Source: an uncultured Syntrophomonadaceae bacterium
Lineage (GTDB): Bacteria; Bacillota; Dethiobacteria; DTU022
Assembly: GCA_964458455.1 (NCBI GenBank)
Contig: CAYWIY010000003.1
Coordinates: forward strand, 1 to 49,803
DNA length: 49,803 nucleotides
Direction: 5' to 3'
Made by a program: the position numbers and the translations under genes. The notes under the pieces are model-generated. The model was given only the letters and a program-made list of their open reading frames with translations. It had not been told where the DNA came from and made no database searches. Shown in pieces: positions 38,054 to 49,803 of the stretch. Each line of letters begins with the position of its first letter. Positions within the stretch are counted from its first letter, which is position 1.

Positions 38054-38406
38054 TTTCTCCGGTTGATCGATACTCCCACTCCACCTTTAACCCCTGGTAT
38101 GGGGGGATTGGGTTTACGGACTTCCACTTCCACTTCTACAATGCCGGGCAGCTGCAGCAGCCGGTGAGCAATTATTTCGGCTAAGGTTTCGAGCAGCCGG
38201 CAGGGGTTGCCGCACACAATCTCTTTGACTAGCTCCACCGCCTGGCGGTAATCTACAGCTTCCTCGATCTGGTCATCCCTGATACCTGTAAAGTCGGTGC
38301 CAAGTTCAAGGTTTACCTCGAACTCCTGGCCCAGCTCCTTTTCCTCGGGCAGGACCCCGTGGTAGGCGTAACAGGCAATATCATCTATAATAATTCGGTC
38401 CATCAT
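38050..38406 (-). CDS. folB: dihydroneopterin aldolase
   Basis: DRIIIDDIACYAYHGVLPEEKELGQEFEV.LEL, DYRQAVELVKEIV, TLAEIIA..LL, V.VEVRKPNPPI. 118 aa. Confidence 0.9.
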   Translation of the reverse strand: MMDRIIIDDIACYAYHGVLPEEKELGQEFEVNLELGTDFTGIRDDQIEEAVDYRQAVELVKEIVCGNPCRLLETLAEIIAHRLLQLPGIVEVEVEVRKPNPPIPGVKGGVGVSINRRK

Positions 38407-38409
38407 TTT

Positions 38410-39234
38410 TCACCTCCGGACCATGGCGTCTGTCATATCTGCTACCCGGCGCATCTGCAGGACATCGTGGACCCTGACCAGGTCGGCGCCTGCGCTTATA
38501 CCGTATGCCACCGTGGCGGCGGTTCCCTCAATTCTTTGATTCATAGGCAGGTTCAGAGTTTTTCCGATCAATGATTTCCTGGAGGTGCCGAGCAGGAGGG
38601 GATAACCCAGGCTGTGGAATTCCCGTAGGTGGTACATTACATCCAGGTTTTGCTGGTAATCCTTGCCAAAGCCGATGCCCGGGTCAATAATGATGTGCTC
38701 ATCTTTCGCCCCGGCTTGGTGGGCCAGTTCAATAGATTCTTTCAGTTCGGCCAAAATATCCGGTATCAAATCATCATAAATAGTATTGTCGCGATTATGC
38801 ATCAGGCAAATTGGCACTTTGTATTTTACAGCTGCTTCACCAAGCTTACGGTCTGCCTTCAGCCCGTAGACATCATTGATCATTTCAACTCCAAGTTTAA
38901 GGGCTTCCTCGGCGACAACAGACTTGTAGGTGTCAATGGATAGGGGCACTTCAAGGGCATGCTTATTTTTCAAGGCTTTTATGACCGGTATTACCCGTTC
39001 CAGTTCTTCTTCAGCGGAGATCGGCACGAAACCGGGCCTGGTTGATTCTCCGCCTATATCAATGATGTCAGCGCCCTCTTCAGCCATTTTTAAAGCCTGT
39101 TCTACCGCTTTTTCAACACGGCTAAAACGGCCCCCGTCTGAAAAAGAATCAGGCGTGACATTCAAAATTCCCATAACCAGGGTTCTTTTATCCAGGTGAT
39201 ATGTCTTATCGCCAAGTTGTAATTCCCTGTTCAA
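38410..39234 (-). CDS. folP: dihydropteroate synthase
   Basis: VMGILNVTPDSFSDGG, DIIDIGGESTRPG, SIDTYK, INDV, DPGIGFGK, GTSRKS, HDV. Confidence 0.95.
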   Translation of the reverse strand: MNRELQLGDKTYHLDKRTLVMGILNVTPDSFSDGGRFSRVEKAVEQALKMAEEGADIIDIGGESTRPGFVPISAEEELERVIPVIKALKNKHALEVPLSIDTYKSVVAEEALKLGVEMINDVYGLKADRKLGEAAVKYKVPICLMHNRDNTIYDDLIPDILAELKESIELAHQAGAKDEHIIIDPGIGFGKDYQQNLDVMYHLREFHSLGYPLLLGTSRKSLIGKTLNLPMNQRIEGTAATVAYGISAGADLVRVHDVLQMRRVADMTDAMVRR

Positions 39235-39725
39235 TAGATTAACCTCCTTTTGTGCGGCTGCTGTTCGAGTTTATAGCAGTTGCTGCGCTCGTCACACTTG
39301 AAACATAGACGTGAATACTGGTCTGCTTTTCTGAGCGCCCTGCTTAGAGGAGATGTGTGTTGAGAATCATTATCCATGCTGCGGTGCTGGGATATGGCTT
39401 TTTGAATCAGCTGGCGCTCAGAAAGTAAAAAGCCGGCTTTTTCCAGGATTGGTCCGGCCAGTTTAGAGCTTGCCTCAGCGTGATCGGCGCCGGTTTGATA
39501 TTCTTGCCAGCGAGCTATGTCGTGAAGCAGGCCGGCAGCGTAAGCTATTTCCCGGGAAATAAAAGGCTGTCCCTCCTCCAACAACAGCAGGTATGTTAAC
39601 CTGGCCACCGCCAGGAGATGTTCAAAATGATGCCCGCAAAAAACCCTTTCGCTTTCTTGTTCTTCATTTTTAGAAAGGTAGAGCTGGTACTGCCTGTTTT
39701 CAATTATATTAGTGCACCTGTCCAT
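39231..39725 (-). CDS. HD-domain metal-dependent phosphohydrolase embedded in the folate operon
   Basis: HHFEHLLAVARL... and AGLLHDIARW supply the H...HD signature. Cys-rich C-terminus (CFKCDERSNC). A 4-nt overlap with the folP start and 19 nt after the folE stop place it in the same operon. Confidence 0.7.
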   Translation of the reverse strand: MDRCTNIIENRQYQLYLSKNEEQESERVFCGHHFEHLLAVARLTYLLLLEEGQPFISREIAYAAGLLHDIARWQEYQTGADHAEASSKLAGPILEKAGFLLSERQLIQKAISQHRSMDNDSQHTSPLSRALRKADQYSRLCFKCDERSNCYKLEQQPHKRRLIY

Positions 39726-39744
39726 TGTGATCTCCCGAATGGTT

Positions 39745-40311
39745 TTAGGCTTTTCCCTTGATCAGGCTGAAAGCCTCGATGCGGGAACTCGAATTGGTCC
39801 TGAACAGGCCGCGGACTGCCGAAGTTACAGTCACTGCACCGGGTTTGCCAACGCCCCGGATACTCATGCACAGATGCTCTGCTTCGACGACTACCACGAC
39901 CCCTTTGGGTTTAAGCTCTTCGGTAATTATATCTGCAACATTGCTGGTCAACCTTTCCTGGAGCTGGGGTCGGCGGGAAAGGATTTCTACAACCCTGACC
40001 AGCTTACTCAAACCGACAATCCTTCCTCCGCCCGGCACGTAAGCAACATGGGCTTTGCCGTAAAACGGAAGCAGGTGATGTTCACACATGGAATAAAAGG
40101 AAACGTCTTTGACCAGGACGATCTCATCATGGCCGTCTTCAACGAAGCAGGTATGAAGAGGAGAACGCGGATCTTGATCCAAACCGCCAAAAAGTTCGCA
40201 GTACATATTGGCCACCCGCTCCGGTGTCCCCTGCAGGCCCTCCCGGTTAAGGTCTTCTCCAATCGCTTCCAGGATCATTTCTACACCCCGGGACATTTTA
40301 TCCTTATCCAC
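39745..40311 (-). CDS. folE: GTP cyclohydrolase I
   Basis: [47 protein letters not shown]...[23 protein letters not shown]. Confidence 0.95.
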   Translation of the reverse strand: MDKDKMSRGVEMILEAIGEDLNREGLQGTPERVANMYCELFGGLDQDPRSPLHTCFVEDGHDEIVLVKDVSFYSMCEHHLLPFYGKAHVAYVPGGGRIVGLSKLVRVVEILSRRPQLQERLTSNVADIITEELKPKGVVVVVEAEHLCMSIRGVGKPGAVTVTSAVRGLFRTNSSSRIEAFSLIKGKA

Positions 40312-40329
40312 TTTGATACCGCCTTTCTT

Positions 40330-41643
40330 CTAATACTGAATAATATCCGGTAAAAATATTACCAGGCTGTGCAAGAGTGCACAGGTTAATATATTTTCTG
40401 TTCGCAGGTAAAGGTACCCCAGGATTGCTGCCATGCCGGGGGTCAGGACCGCTATTTCAATGTAGGTGTAAGGATAGGATAACATCCACGGTTCCGTAAC
40501 CAGTATAAATACCAGGCGACTGGCGGCAGCCAGGGCTATCATGAGCACCAGGCCCCAGTTAGGCCCGGTCAACCTGCTTAAATAAGCCTGAATGTAACCC
40601 CTCCAAATCATTTCACGGGGCAGCCCGATTAATAAGAATAACAGCGGTAACTGCATTATAGTACCGGTTCCTCCGAGGTCGATACCTCCAGGCACCCCCC
40701 TTGTTGCCATTACCATCAGCACTGCTGTAATCACGGCCAGGGTGTAGCCGTGCTTGAGCCTGTCCCTGCGCAGGCCCAGGTCGAGGTAGTCAATTTTTCT
40801 CTGCCGGAATAAAATGATTAATAGCAGGATTCCGGCGGCATAACCGAAAAAGGCGTAATATTCGGGCCAGTCGTAAAGCCCTGGAATGATGGTGCTTGCG
40901 GTAAAAACCGCGGCCAGAAACGGTACCAGTCCAAGGCCCAGGTAGCCGGGATGGGTCCTGGCCAGGTGGACCCAGTAATTAGAATAACGGTGATCCAGCG
41001 TAAACAGGGTAATTACCAGGAGCATGATTATCACAAACAAAGTATAAACTGCTGCCGACCCAAATATGTTCAACCAGCTGTACTCTGCTTCAGCGGGCAG
41101 GATTGGTTCCCCGTTGGGTGCGATAAAATAGTAGTATGATAGCCCTTCGGGGGTATGAAAACTGATCGGTATTTTATCTTCCCAGATTGTAGGTTTGCCC
41201 TCCTGCTCCTGGAAAACTGTAGACACCATCTCCAGGCTTTCGCGATCTTCAATGGGGATAAATATATTGTCTCCCCTGATTTGATCAAACAGTTCATGCT
41301 CAATAGTCATAAAAATACCCAGAGCCGAATCCTGGTCGTATTCGGTATTATTATATCTCATTGTTCCTTTACCCAGGAGCATAACTGATCGGTCATAATT
41401 TGTTTCCTGGACGGTGGCGATAATTCCTCCGTCAGGGAAATTGGCGCTTAAATTATCGACCCGGAATTGCCAGGGCTCAAATTCACATACCGAGGTGATG
41501 GTATATTCCTGGGGGCTCTGGCCAAGGGCGTCGGGAATAAAAGCTGTTACAGCAAATACGCCAAGAACCATAAATATTGTGATTCCAAGCAAGATCAACG
41601 AGGCAATAAAATAATTCTTGCCGGATAGTTTTTTTAATAGCAA
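40330..41643 (-). CDS. membrane protein with N-terminal extracytoplasmic domain and C-terminal CPBP (CAAX/Abi) intramembrane protease domain
   Basis: N-terminal TM helix, a ~170-aa soluble segment, then 7-8 TM helices. These include LPREMIWRGY (the E..xR motif region) and a C-terminal ALLHSLVIF (His motif). It ends 18 nt upstream of folE on the same strand. Confidence 0.65.
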   Translation of the reverse strand: MLLKKLSGKNYFIASLILLGITIFMVLGVFAVTAFIPDALGQSPQEYTITSVCEFEPWQFRVDNLSANFPDGGIIATVQETNYDRSVMLLGKGTMRYNNTEYDQDSALGIFMTIEHELFDQIRGDNIFIPIEDRESLEMVSTVFQEQEGKPTIWEDKIPISFHTPEGLSYYYFIAPNGEPILPAEAEYSWLNIFGSAAVYTLFVIIMLLVITLFTLDHRYSNYWVHLARTHPGYLGLGLVPFLAAVFTASTIIPGLYDWPEYYAFFGYAAGILLLIILFRQRKIDYLDLGLRRDRLKHGYTLAVITAVLMVMATRGVPGGIDLGGTGTIMQLPLLFLLIGLPREMIWRGYIQAYLSRLTGPNWGLVLMIALAAASRLVFILVTEPWMLSYPYTYIEIAVLTPGMAAILGYLYLRTENILTCALLHSLVIFLPDIIQY

Positions 41644-41885
41644 AATGGATCCTCCTCAAGATGCTGATCTGGATGTCAAATTACCTTTCCATATTCGACG
41701 GTTTCTCCTTTTTTCCTCTAACACAGGTAAGGTCAATTAAGCCATTCTTCCTTGCCTGTTTTTCCTGGCGACAGTCAGGCTGCTGCAGTGTTCCGTATTC
41801 TTTTCAAATATTACCTGATCTGCTATAGTGTAAGTGCTCAGCTTTTCTATAATAACAGAAAATCATTAAACCGGGGTGAAAAAAT

Positions 41886-42665
41886 TTGTTTTTAGCTATC
41901 GATGTCGGCAATACCCATATAATGCTTGGTATTTACAGGGAAAAAGATATTCTTGTTTACTGGCGCCTTCCAACCCGGGAAGACAGTACCGAAGATGAGC
42001 TGGGGATGGTAGTGAAAAACCTCCTTCATAACAGCCGCCTGGGTTTGAAAGATATCGATGCCATTGCCATTTCATCTGTTGTCCCTCCCTTGATGTATTC
42101 CCTGGAGAGGATGTCGACCAAGTATTTTAATGTTGATCCGTTGGTCATTGGTCCCGGTATAAAAACAGGTTTAAACATTTTAACAGATAATCCCCGCGAA
42201 GTCGGAGCCGACAGGATTGTAAATGCTGTAGCAGCTTACCACTTATATGGCGGCCCGCTTATTATTGTTGATTTTGGTACGGCTACCACTTTTTGCGCCA
42301 TATCTGAAGACGGCGATTATTTAGGCGGTGTTATCGCTCCCGGTATTGGGATTTCTATTGAAGCGTTGTTTGAAAAAGCAGCCAAACTGCCCCGGGTGGA
42401 AATTGTCAGGCCGGAACGGGTTATCGGTAAGGACACGGTTTCTGGCATGCAGTCGGGGATTGTTTTTGGTTTTGTCGGCCAGGTAGACGGTATCGTGCGC
42501 CGGATGAAAAGTGAATTCCGCCTTCCTCCCATGGTGCTGGCCACCGGCGGCTTTGCTTCCCTTATTGCCCGTGAATCTGAAACGATCAAAGAAGTTAATA
42601 CCCTGCTGACCCTGGAAGGCTTAAGAATAATTCACCATATGAATAGGAAGGGTGTCGAAAAATGA
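41886..42665 (+). CDS. coaX: type III pantothenate kinase
   Basis: [34 protein letters not shown], and a C-terminal ATGG. TTG start after GGGGTGA. Confidence 0.92.
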   Translation: MFLAIDVGNTHIMLGIYREKDILVYWRLPTREDSTEDELGMVVKNLLHNSRLGLKDIDAIAISSVVPPLMYSLERMSTKYFNVDPLVIGPGIKTGLNILTDNPREVGADRIVNAVAAYHLYGGPLIIVDFGTATTFCAISEDGDYLGGVIAPGIGISIEALFEKAAKLPRVEIVRPERVIGKDTVSGMQSGIVFGFVGQVDGIVRRMKSEFRLPPMVLATGGFASLIARESETIKEVNTLLTLEGLRIIHHMNRKGVEK

Positions 42666-43474
42666 AAATCGGCCTGGCTTTAAGCGGGGGCGCTGCCAGG
42701 GGCATGGCGCATATCGGGGTGCTGAAGTACCTCGAGGAGCGTGATCTTAAGCCTTCTTATATTGCCGGGACCAGCGCCGGCAGTATTGTCGGTTCCCTGT
42801 ACTGTTCCGGGAAATCTATACAGCAGCTGGTGAAAATTGCTTCCACCATGTCCTGGAGAGACATGATCAGTTTTTCTTTCCCCAAAAGAGGGCTTATCGA
42901 TTCCTCTCGCTTGCTCAATATCCTCAAAGAGCACCTGGGTGACATTACTTTTTCAGACCTTAACATCCCGCTCATCGTTAATGCTGTTGATTTATCGGGC
43001 GGCGAAGAAGTCGTCATTGAACAAGGGCCGGTTGCGGAAGCGGTTCAGGCCAGCTGTGCCATTCCGGGCATATTTACACCCGTTAAATGGGGTAACCGTC
43101 TCCTTGTGGACGGCGGGCTGCTGGATAATGTCCCGGCACGGCATTTAGAAGATCGCAAAATGGATTATATCATTGCTGTTGATGTCGGCGCCCAGAGGCC
43201 ACTCCAGAAAGAACCGGGCAATATCTTTGAAATCCTGATCCAATCGTATGATGTAATCAAGCGCCACCGTGATATGCCGGCTTATGAGTGTACCGACCTC
43301 ATAATCGTGCCCGAGCTGGGGGATATTACTTTTCATGATACCAGCAACCCGGGTGTTCTTATCGACCGGGGCTATGAAGCAGCCAGGCAAACCCTGGAGA
43401 AGGTGAGCTTCGAAAAGAAGCCACCTCTTTTTTCTTTCTTTTCCAGGAAACGAGCAAAATCACAGGCGAAATAA
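42662..43474 (+). CDS. patatin-like phospholipase
   Basis: [19 protein letters not shown] (GGxR oxyanion), nucleophile elbow GTSAGS, and catalytic DGG ([10 protein letters not shown]). A 4-nt overlap with the coaX end. Confidence 0.85.
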   Translation: MKIGLALSGGAARGMAHIGVLKYLEERDLKPSYIAGTSAGSIVGSLYCSGKSIQQLVKIASTMSWRDMISFSFPKRGLIDSSRLLNILKEHLGDITFSDLNIPLIVNAVDLSGGEEVVIEQGPVAEAVQASCAIPGIFTPVKWGNRLLVDGGLLDNVPARHLEDRKMDYIIAVDVGAQRPLQKEPGNIFEILIQSYDVIKRHRDMPAYECTDLIIVPELGDITFHDTSNPGVLIDRGYEAARQTLEKVSFEKKPPLFSFFSRKRAKSQAK

Positions 43475-43501
43475 AAAGCGCGGCCAAATGGCCGCGCTTT
43501 T
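43474..43501. terminator. bidirectional terminator between the patatin gene and PFOR
   Basis: AAAAGCGCGGCC (43474-43485) pairs with GGCCGCGCTTTT (43490-43501). A/T runs lie on both flanks. Confidence 0.8.
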
Positions 43502-43517
43502 AAACTGCGAGTTTGGT

Positions 43518-47087
<3,570 letters not shown>

Positions 47088-47408
47088 TTATATTCCAAAT
47101 ATTACCGGCTCAAGTTTATTTTATCTTACCACTTTATAAAGGCAAAAACAAATCTAGATTGGGCCAAATTGCAAGCTGGTACTGCCGAGAGAACGGCCCT
47201 TCTCGCTTAATGTTAACTTGCAGGATCAATTATGTGTTAAAATGAAAAAAACTATCAAAACCGGTTGGTTGCTGTTTTTGCAATCAGTAAACGAGCAAAA
47301 TGTATAAAGGCCTGGTTATCTTTAACCGGGCCTGCGAAATGCCGGCAGTTGAAAAACAATTAACGTTTATGAACAATATCTGGGGAGGCTCGAGCATTAT
47401 TTGTAACC

Positions 47409-48161
47409 ATGGCTAAGTCAAAAAGTGATCTTAAAAAACGTCAAGTGCTCGTTGTAGAGGATGAGGAAGAGATTGTCCGCCTTATATCTTTTCACCTGGA
47501 AAAAGAAGGTTACTCAGTTTTGAGCGCTGCCAGCGGCACCGAAGCGCTCGATCTGGCATTTGAGCATCTCCCCGACTTGATCATCCTGGATATTATGCTG
47601 CCTGAAATGGACGGCCTGGAAGTATGCCGGCGGCTGCGCAGCAGTGATCAGACGGCTTCTATCCCGATCCTGATCTTATCGGCCCGGAAAGAAGAACTGG
47701 ACCGGGTGCTTGGCCTCGAAATGGGCGCCGATGATTACATGATCAAGCCCTTCAGCGTGCGCGAACTGGTGGCCAGGGTCCGGGCTATGCTCAGGAGGAT
47801 GGATCACTTGACGGGAACCACAGAAAGCGGCAGCCGGGAAGAAGAAAAAGTGCTCAGGGCCGGGAATATTTCGCTTTACCCGGAAAGGCACCAGGTGACT
47901 GTTGGGGACCAGGCCTGTAACCTGACCCATAAAGAATTTGTGCTGCTGCAGCTCTTGATGTCTAACCCCGGGAAAGTCTTGACCAGGGAGCTTTTGCTCG
48001 ACCGGGTCTGGGGGTACGAAGTGGAAGTGGATACAAGGACGGTAGATGTCCATGTTCGCTACTTGAGGCAAAAAATTGAGTCCGATCCGGCTCACCCCCA
48101 TTATATAGAAACTGTGCGGGGGGTCGGTTACCGCTTTGCTGAAAAGCTGCAGAAAAACTAG
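47409..48161 (+). CDS. OmpR/PhoB-family response regulator (PhoP-like)
   Basis: Receiver domain (VLVVEDEEEI, DLIILDIMLPEMDG, KPF) plus a winged-helix output domain (LTHKEFVLLQLLMSNPGKVLTRELLLDRVWG...TRTVDVHVRYLRQKIE...IETVRGVGYRF). Confidence 0.92.
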   Translation: MAKSKSDLKKRQVLVVEDEEEIVRLISFHLEKEGYSVLSAASGTEALDLAFEHLPDLIILDIMLPEMDGLEVCRRLRSSDQTASIPILILSARKEELDRVLGLEMGADDYMIKPFSVRELVARVRAMLRRMDHLTGTTESGSREEEKVLRAGNISLYPERHQVTVGDQACNLTHKEFVLLQLLMSNPGKVLTRELLLDRVWGYEVEVDTRTVDVHVRYLRQKIESDPAHPHYIETVRGVGYRFAEKLQKN

Positions 48162-48214
48162 ATCAACCATCAGTCTAGGTTATCCATCAGTATTGAAGCA
48201 GGGTAAGCAGAATG

Positions 48215-48263
48215 CGGAGGAATTTTTTTGCAGAGATCTGATTCCTGCCGGTGTTTTTTGTTT
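48215..48263 (+). terminator. terminator/attenuator-like hairpin between the regulator and kinase genes
   Basis: CGGAGGAAT (48215-48223) pairs with ATTCCTGCCG (48241-48250) with a one-base bulge, followed by GTGTTTTTTGTTT. Confidence 0.55.
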
Positions 48264-48319
48264 GGAAGTGACAACTGGCCTGGTTTATGAAGATTTGTAT
48301 TCACCCGGGAGGGGTATAA

Positions 48320-49803
48320 TTGTTTAAGAGTATTCGGCGCCGCCTGATTTCATATTACCTGGTGGTCATAGCCGTGGTTGTGGTCCTCATCGGCGCTTTT
48401 TTTATCTGGTTTCTGAACTATGTTTATATGCAAAACCTGCGGGAAAACCTGTACAACCAGGGAGTGTTTGCCGCATCCCTGGTAGAAGAAATGCTGAGGC
48501 GTGATGCCCCGCCTGGAGAAATAGATGCTCTCAGCAAAGAACTGGGCCCGGAGCTGGGCGTCCGGATTACCCTCGTCGATCAAGACGGGGTGGTGCTTGC
48601 CGACTCTGATGAAGATCCGGACCTGATGGAAAACCACAGTGACCGCCCTGAAATAAAAGAGGCCTCCGAGAAGAAGAAAGGAGTGGCCAGCAGGTACAGC
48701 GCTACCCTTGATGAAGAAATGTTTTATCTTGCCGTTCCTCTTGATCATGATTTCGAACCTGATGAAGATAACGGTCTTTCCCCGGTAATCCGGCTGGCCC
48801 TACCCCTGGCCGCTATCAACCAGGCTATAACCAGCCTGGCCTTATTCATCCTGGGGGCGCTTTTTGCATCCTCCCTTTTTGCCCTGGGGGCGGCATATCT
48901 GCTCTCCAGTAAAATAACCGGGCCGATAGCTAAAATAAGCGCCGCCGCCCGGGAAATAGCCGGCGGCAACTTTATGCCGGAATTAAAGGTGGAAGGTAGG
49001 GATGAGCTGGCCGGCCTGGCTGAGAACATTTCTGAGATGGGGCGCTCTCTTAGGGGAAAAATGGAAGAAGTGCTCTGGCAGAAGAATAAGCTGGAAAGTG
49101 TTGTTGCTTCAATGAGCAGCGGTATAATTCTTACCGGCAGCGATCTGAAGGTAGAAATGATTAATCCCGCAGCGGAACGCCTCTTTGAGATAGAACAGGA
49201 CAAGGCCGTCGGCGTTCCTTTCCAAAACTTGATCAGGCATCATTCCCTGCAAGAAAACTTAAAATCAGCCCGCCTGGACGGCCGGTTCAGGATGATGGAG
49301 TTGAGCACCTACTACCCGCATTCAGCAGTGCTTGAAACATACATACTCCCGGTGAAAGGAGCCGGGCAAGAAGTAATAGGGGTCCTCCTTCTTTTTCATG
49401 AAGTGACCCACCTGCGTTCTATAGAAAAAATGCGCAGTGATTTTGTGGCCAACGTTTCTCATGAAATGCGCACCCCACTGACCACCCTGCGGGGGTATAC
49501 GGAAACGATCCTCCATGAAGAATTAACCCGTGACCAGCTCCTTGATTTTTTGACCGTTATTGATAAAGAAGCAGCCAGGCTGACCAGCCTGGTTGACGAT
49601 CTGCTGGAGTTGGCCCGGATTGAAAATGAAAAAGATTTTATCAAGAAAGAATCAGTTAACCTGGATCAGCTTATTACAGAAGCGCTTGACAGGATTAAAG
49701 GGCTAAGGGAGAGCAGTTCTGTTGAAGTTACAGTTGATAACCCTGTCAAAAACCTTTTTGTCCCCGGAAACAGGGAGTGGCTCTGCCTGGCCCTGGTCAA
49801 TAT
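48320..49803 (+). CDS. PhoR-like sensor histidine kinase (TM, extracytoplasmic domain, TM, HAMP, PAS, HisKA...), truncated by the right window edge
   Basis: Absent from the ORF track because it has no stop in the window. TTG 48320 lies 5 nt after GGGAGGGG. Translation reads LFKSIRRRLISYYLVVIAVVVVLIGAFF... ENHSDRPEIKEA ... HAMP (ITGPIAKISAAAREIAGGNF) ... PAS ... H-box MRSDFVANVSHEMRTPLTTLRGYTE. The frame is open to 49803. Confidence 0.9.
   Translation, partial: MFKSIRRRLISYYLVVIAVVVVLIGAFFIWFLNYVYMQNLRENLYNQGVFAASLVEEMLRRDAPPGEIDALSKELGPELGVRITLVDQDGVVLADSDEDPDLMENHSDRPEIKEASEKKKGVASRYSATLDEEMFYLAVPLDHDFEPDEDNGLSPVIRLALPLAAINQAITSLALFILGALFASSLFALGAAYLLSSKITGPIAKISAAAREIAGGNFMPELKVEGRDELAGLAENISEMGRSLRGKMEEVLWQKNKLESVVASMSSGIILTGSDLKVEMINPAAERLFEIEQDKAVGVPFQNLIRHHSLQENLKSARLDGRFRMMELSTYYPHSAVLETYILPVKGAGQEVIGVLLLFHEVTHLRSIEKMRSDFVANVSHEMRTPLTTLRGYTETILHEELTRDQLLDFLTVIDKEAARLTSLVDDLLELARIENEKDFIKKESVNLDQLITEALDRIKGLRESSSVEVTVDNPVKNLFVPGNREWLCLALVN

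Noticed and set aside
47242-47307. Small ORF MKKTIKTGWLLFLQSVNEQNV in the PFOR/regulator intergenic region.
   Set aside because: No Shine-Dalgarno upstream (AT-only context). It is too short and non-hydrophobic for a signal or membrane peptide, so it is probably chance.

Overview
This ~50 kb window looks like ordinary core chromosome from a moderately GC-rich Firmicute, probably Clostridia or Peptococcaceae-like. It carries the conserved origin-proximal housekeeping block in nearly Bacillus-like order: guaB, tmk, holB, ricT/yaaT, abrB, metG, tatD, rsmA, veg, ispE, spoVG, glmU, prs, ctc, pth, mfd, a yabM-like flippase, mazG/yabN, hup, divIC, yabR, tilS, hpt, ftsH. After that come a DmpA-family peptidase, fhs, a minus-strand folate operon (CPBP gene, folE, HD gene, folP, folB, folK), coaX, a patatin-like lipase, a large PFOR gene and a PhoP/PhoR-like two-component pair that is cut by the right edge. 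Lineage-specific genes sit between the core genes: an SCP2 protein, a YkuK/DUF458 protein, a nicotinamidase-NAPRTase pair, a nucleotidyltransferase, a MmyB-like regulator, and aroF-pheA behind a T-box. I found no rRNA, tRNA, CRISPR array, IS or transposon, phage gene or recognisable defence system, and I cannot honestly point to a novel multi-gene system. The observations most worth a second look are listed here. (1) A clear T-box leader precedes aroF-pheA. (2) Three conserved genes within about 9 kb (yabR, tilS, folK) have essential N-terminal motifs upstream of any ATG/GTG/TTG. The folB/folK junction sits on an A-rich slippery sequence, so a -1 shift would give a FolB-FolK fusion. (3) glmU stops about 120 codons early, inside its acetyltransferase domain. 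(4) A promoter, hairpin and terminator unit with a small embedded ORF lies in front of mfd. (5) An HD-domain gene is embedded in the folate operon. (6) A terminator-like hairpin separates the response regulator and kinase genes. The supplied ORF track misses two edge-truncated genes: 1-266 on the minus strand and 48320-49803 on the plus strand. All calls come from reading the sequence and recalled family signatures; no searches were run.
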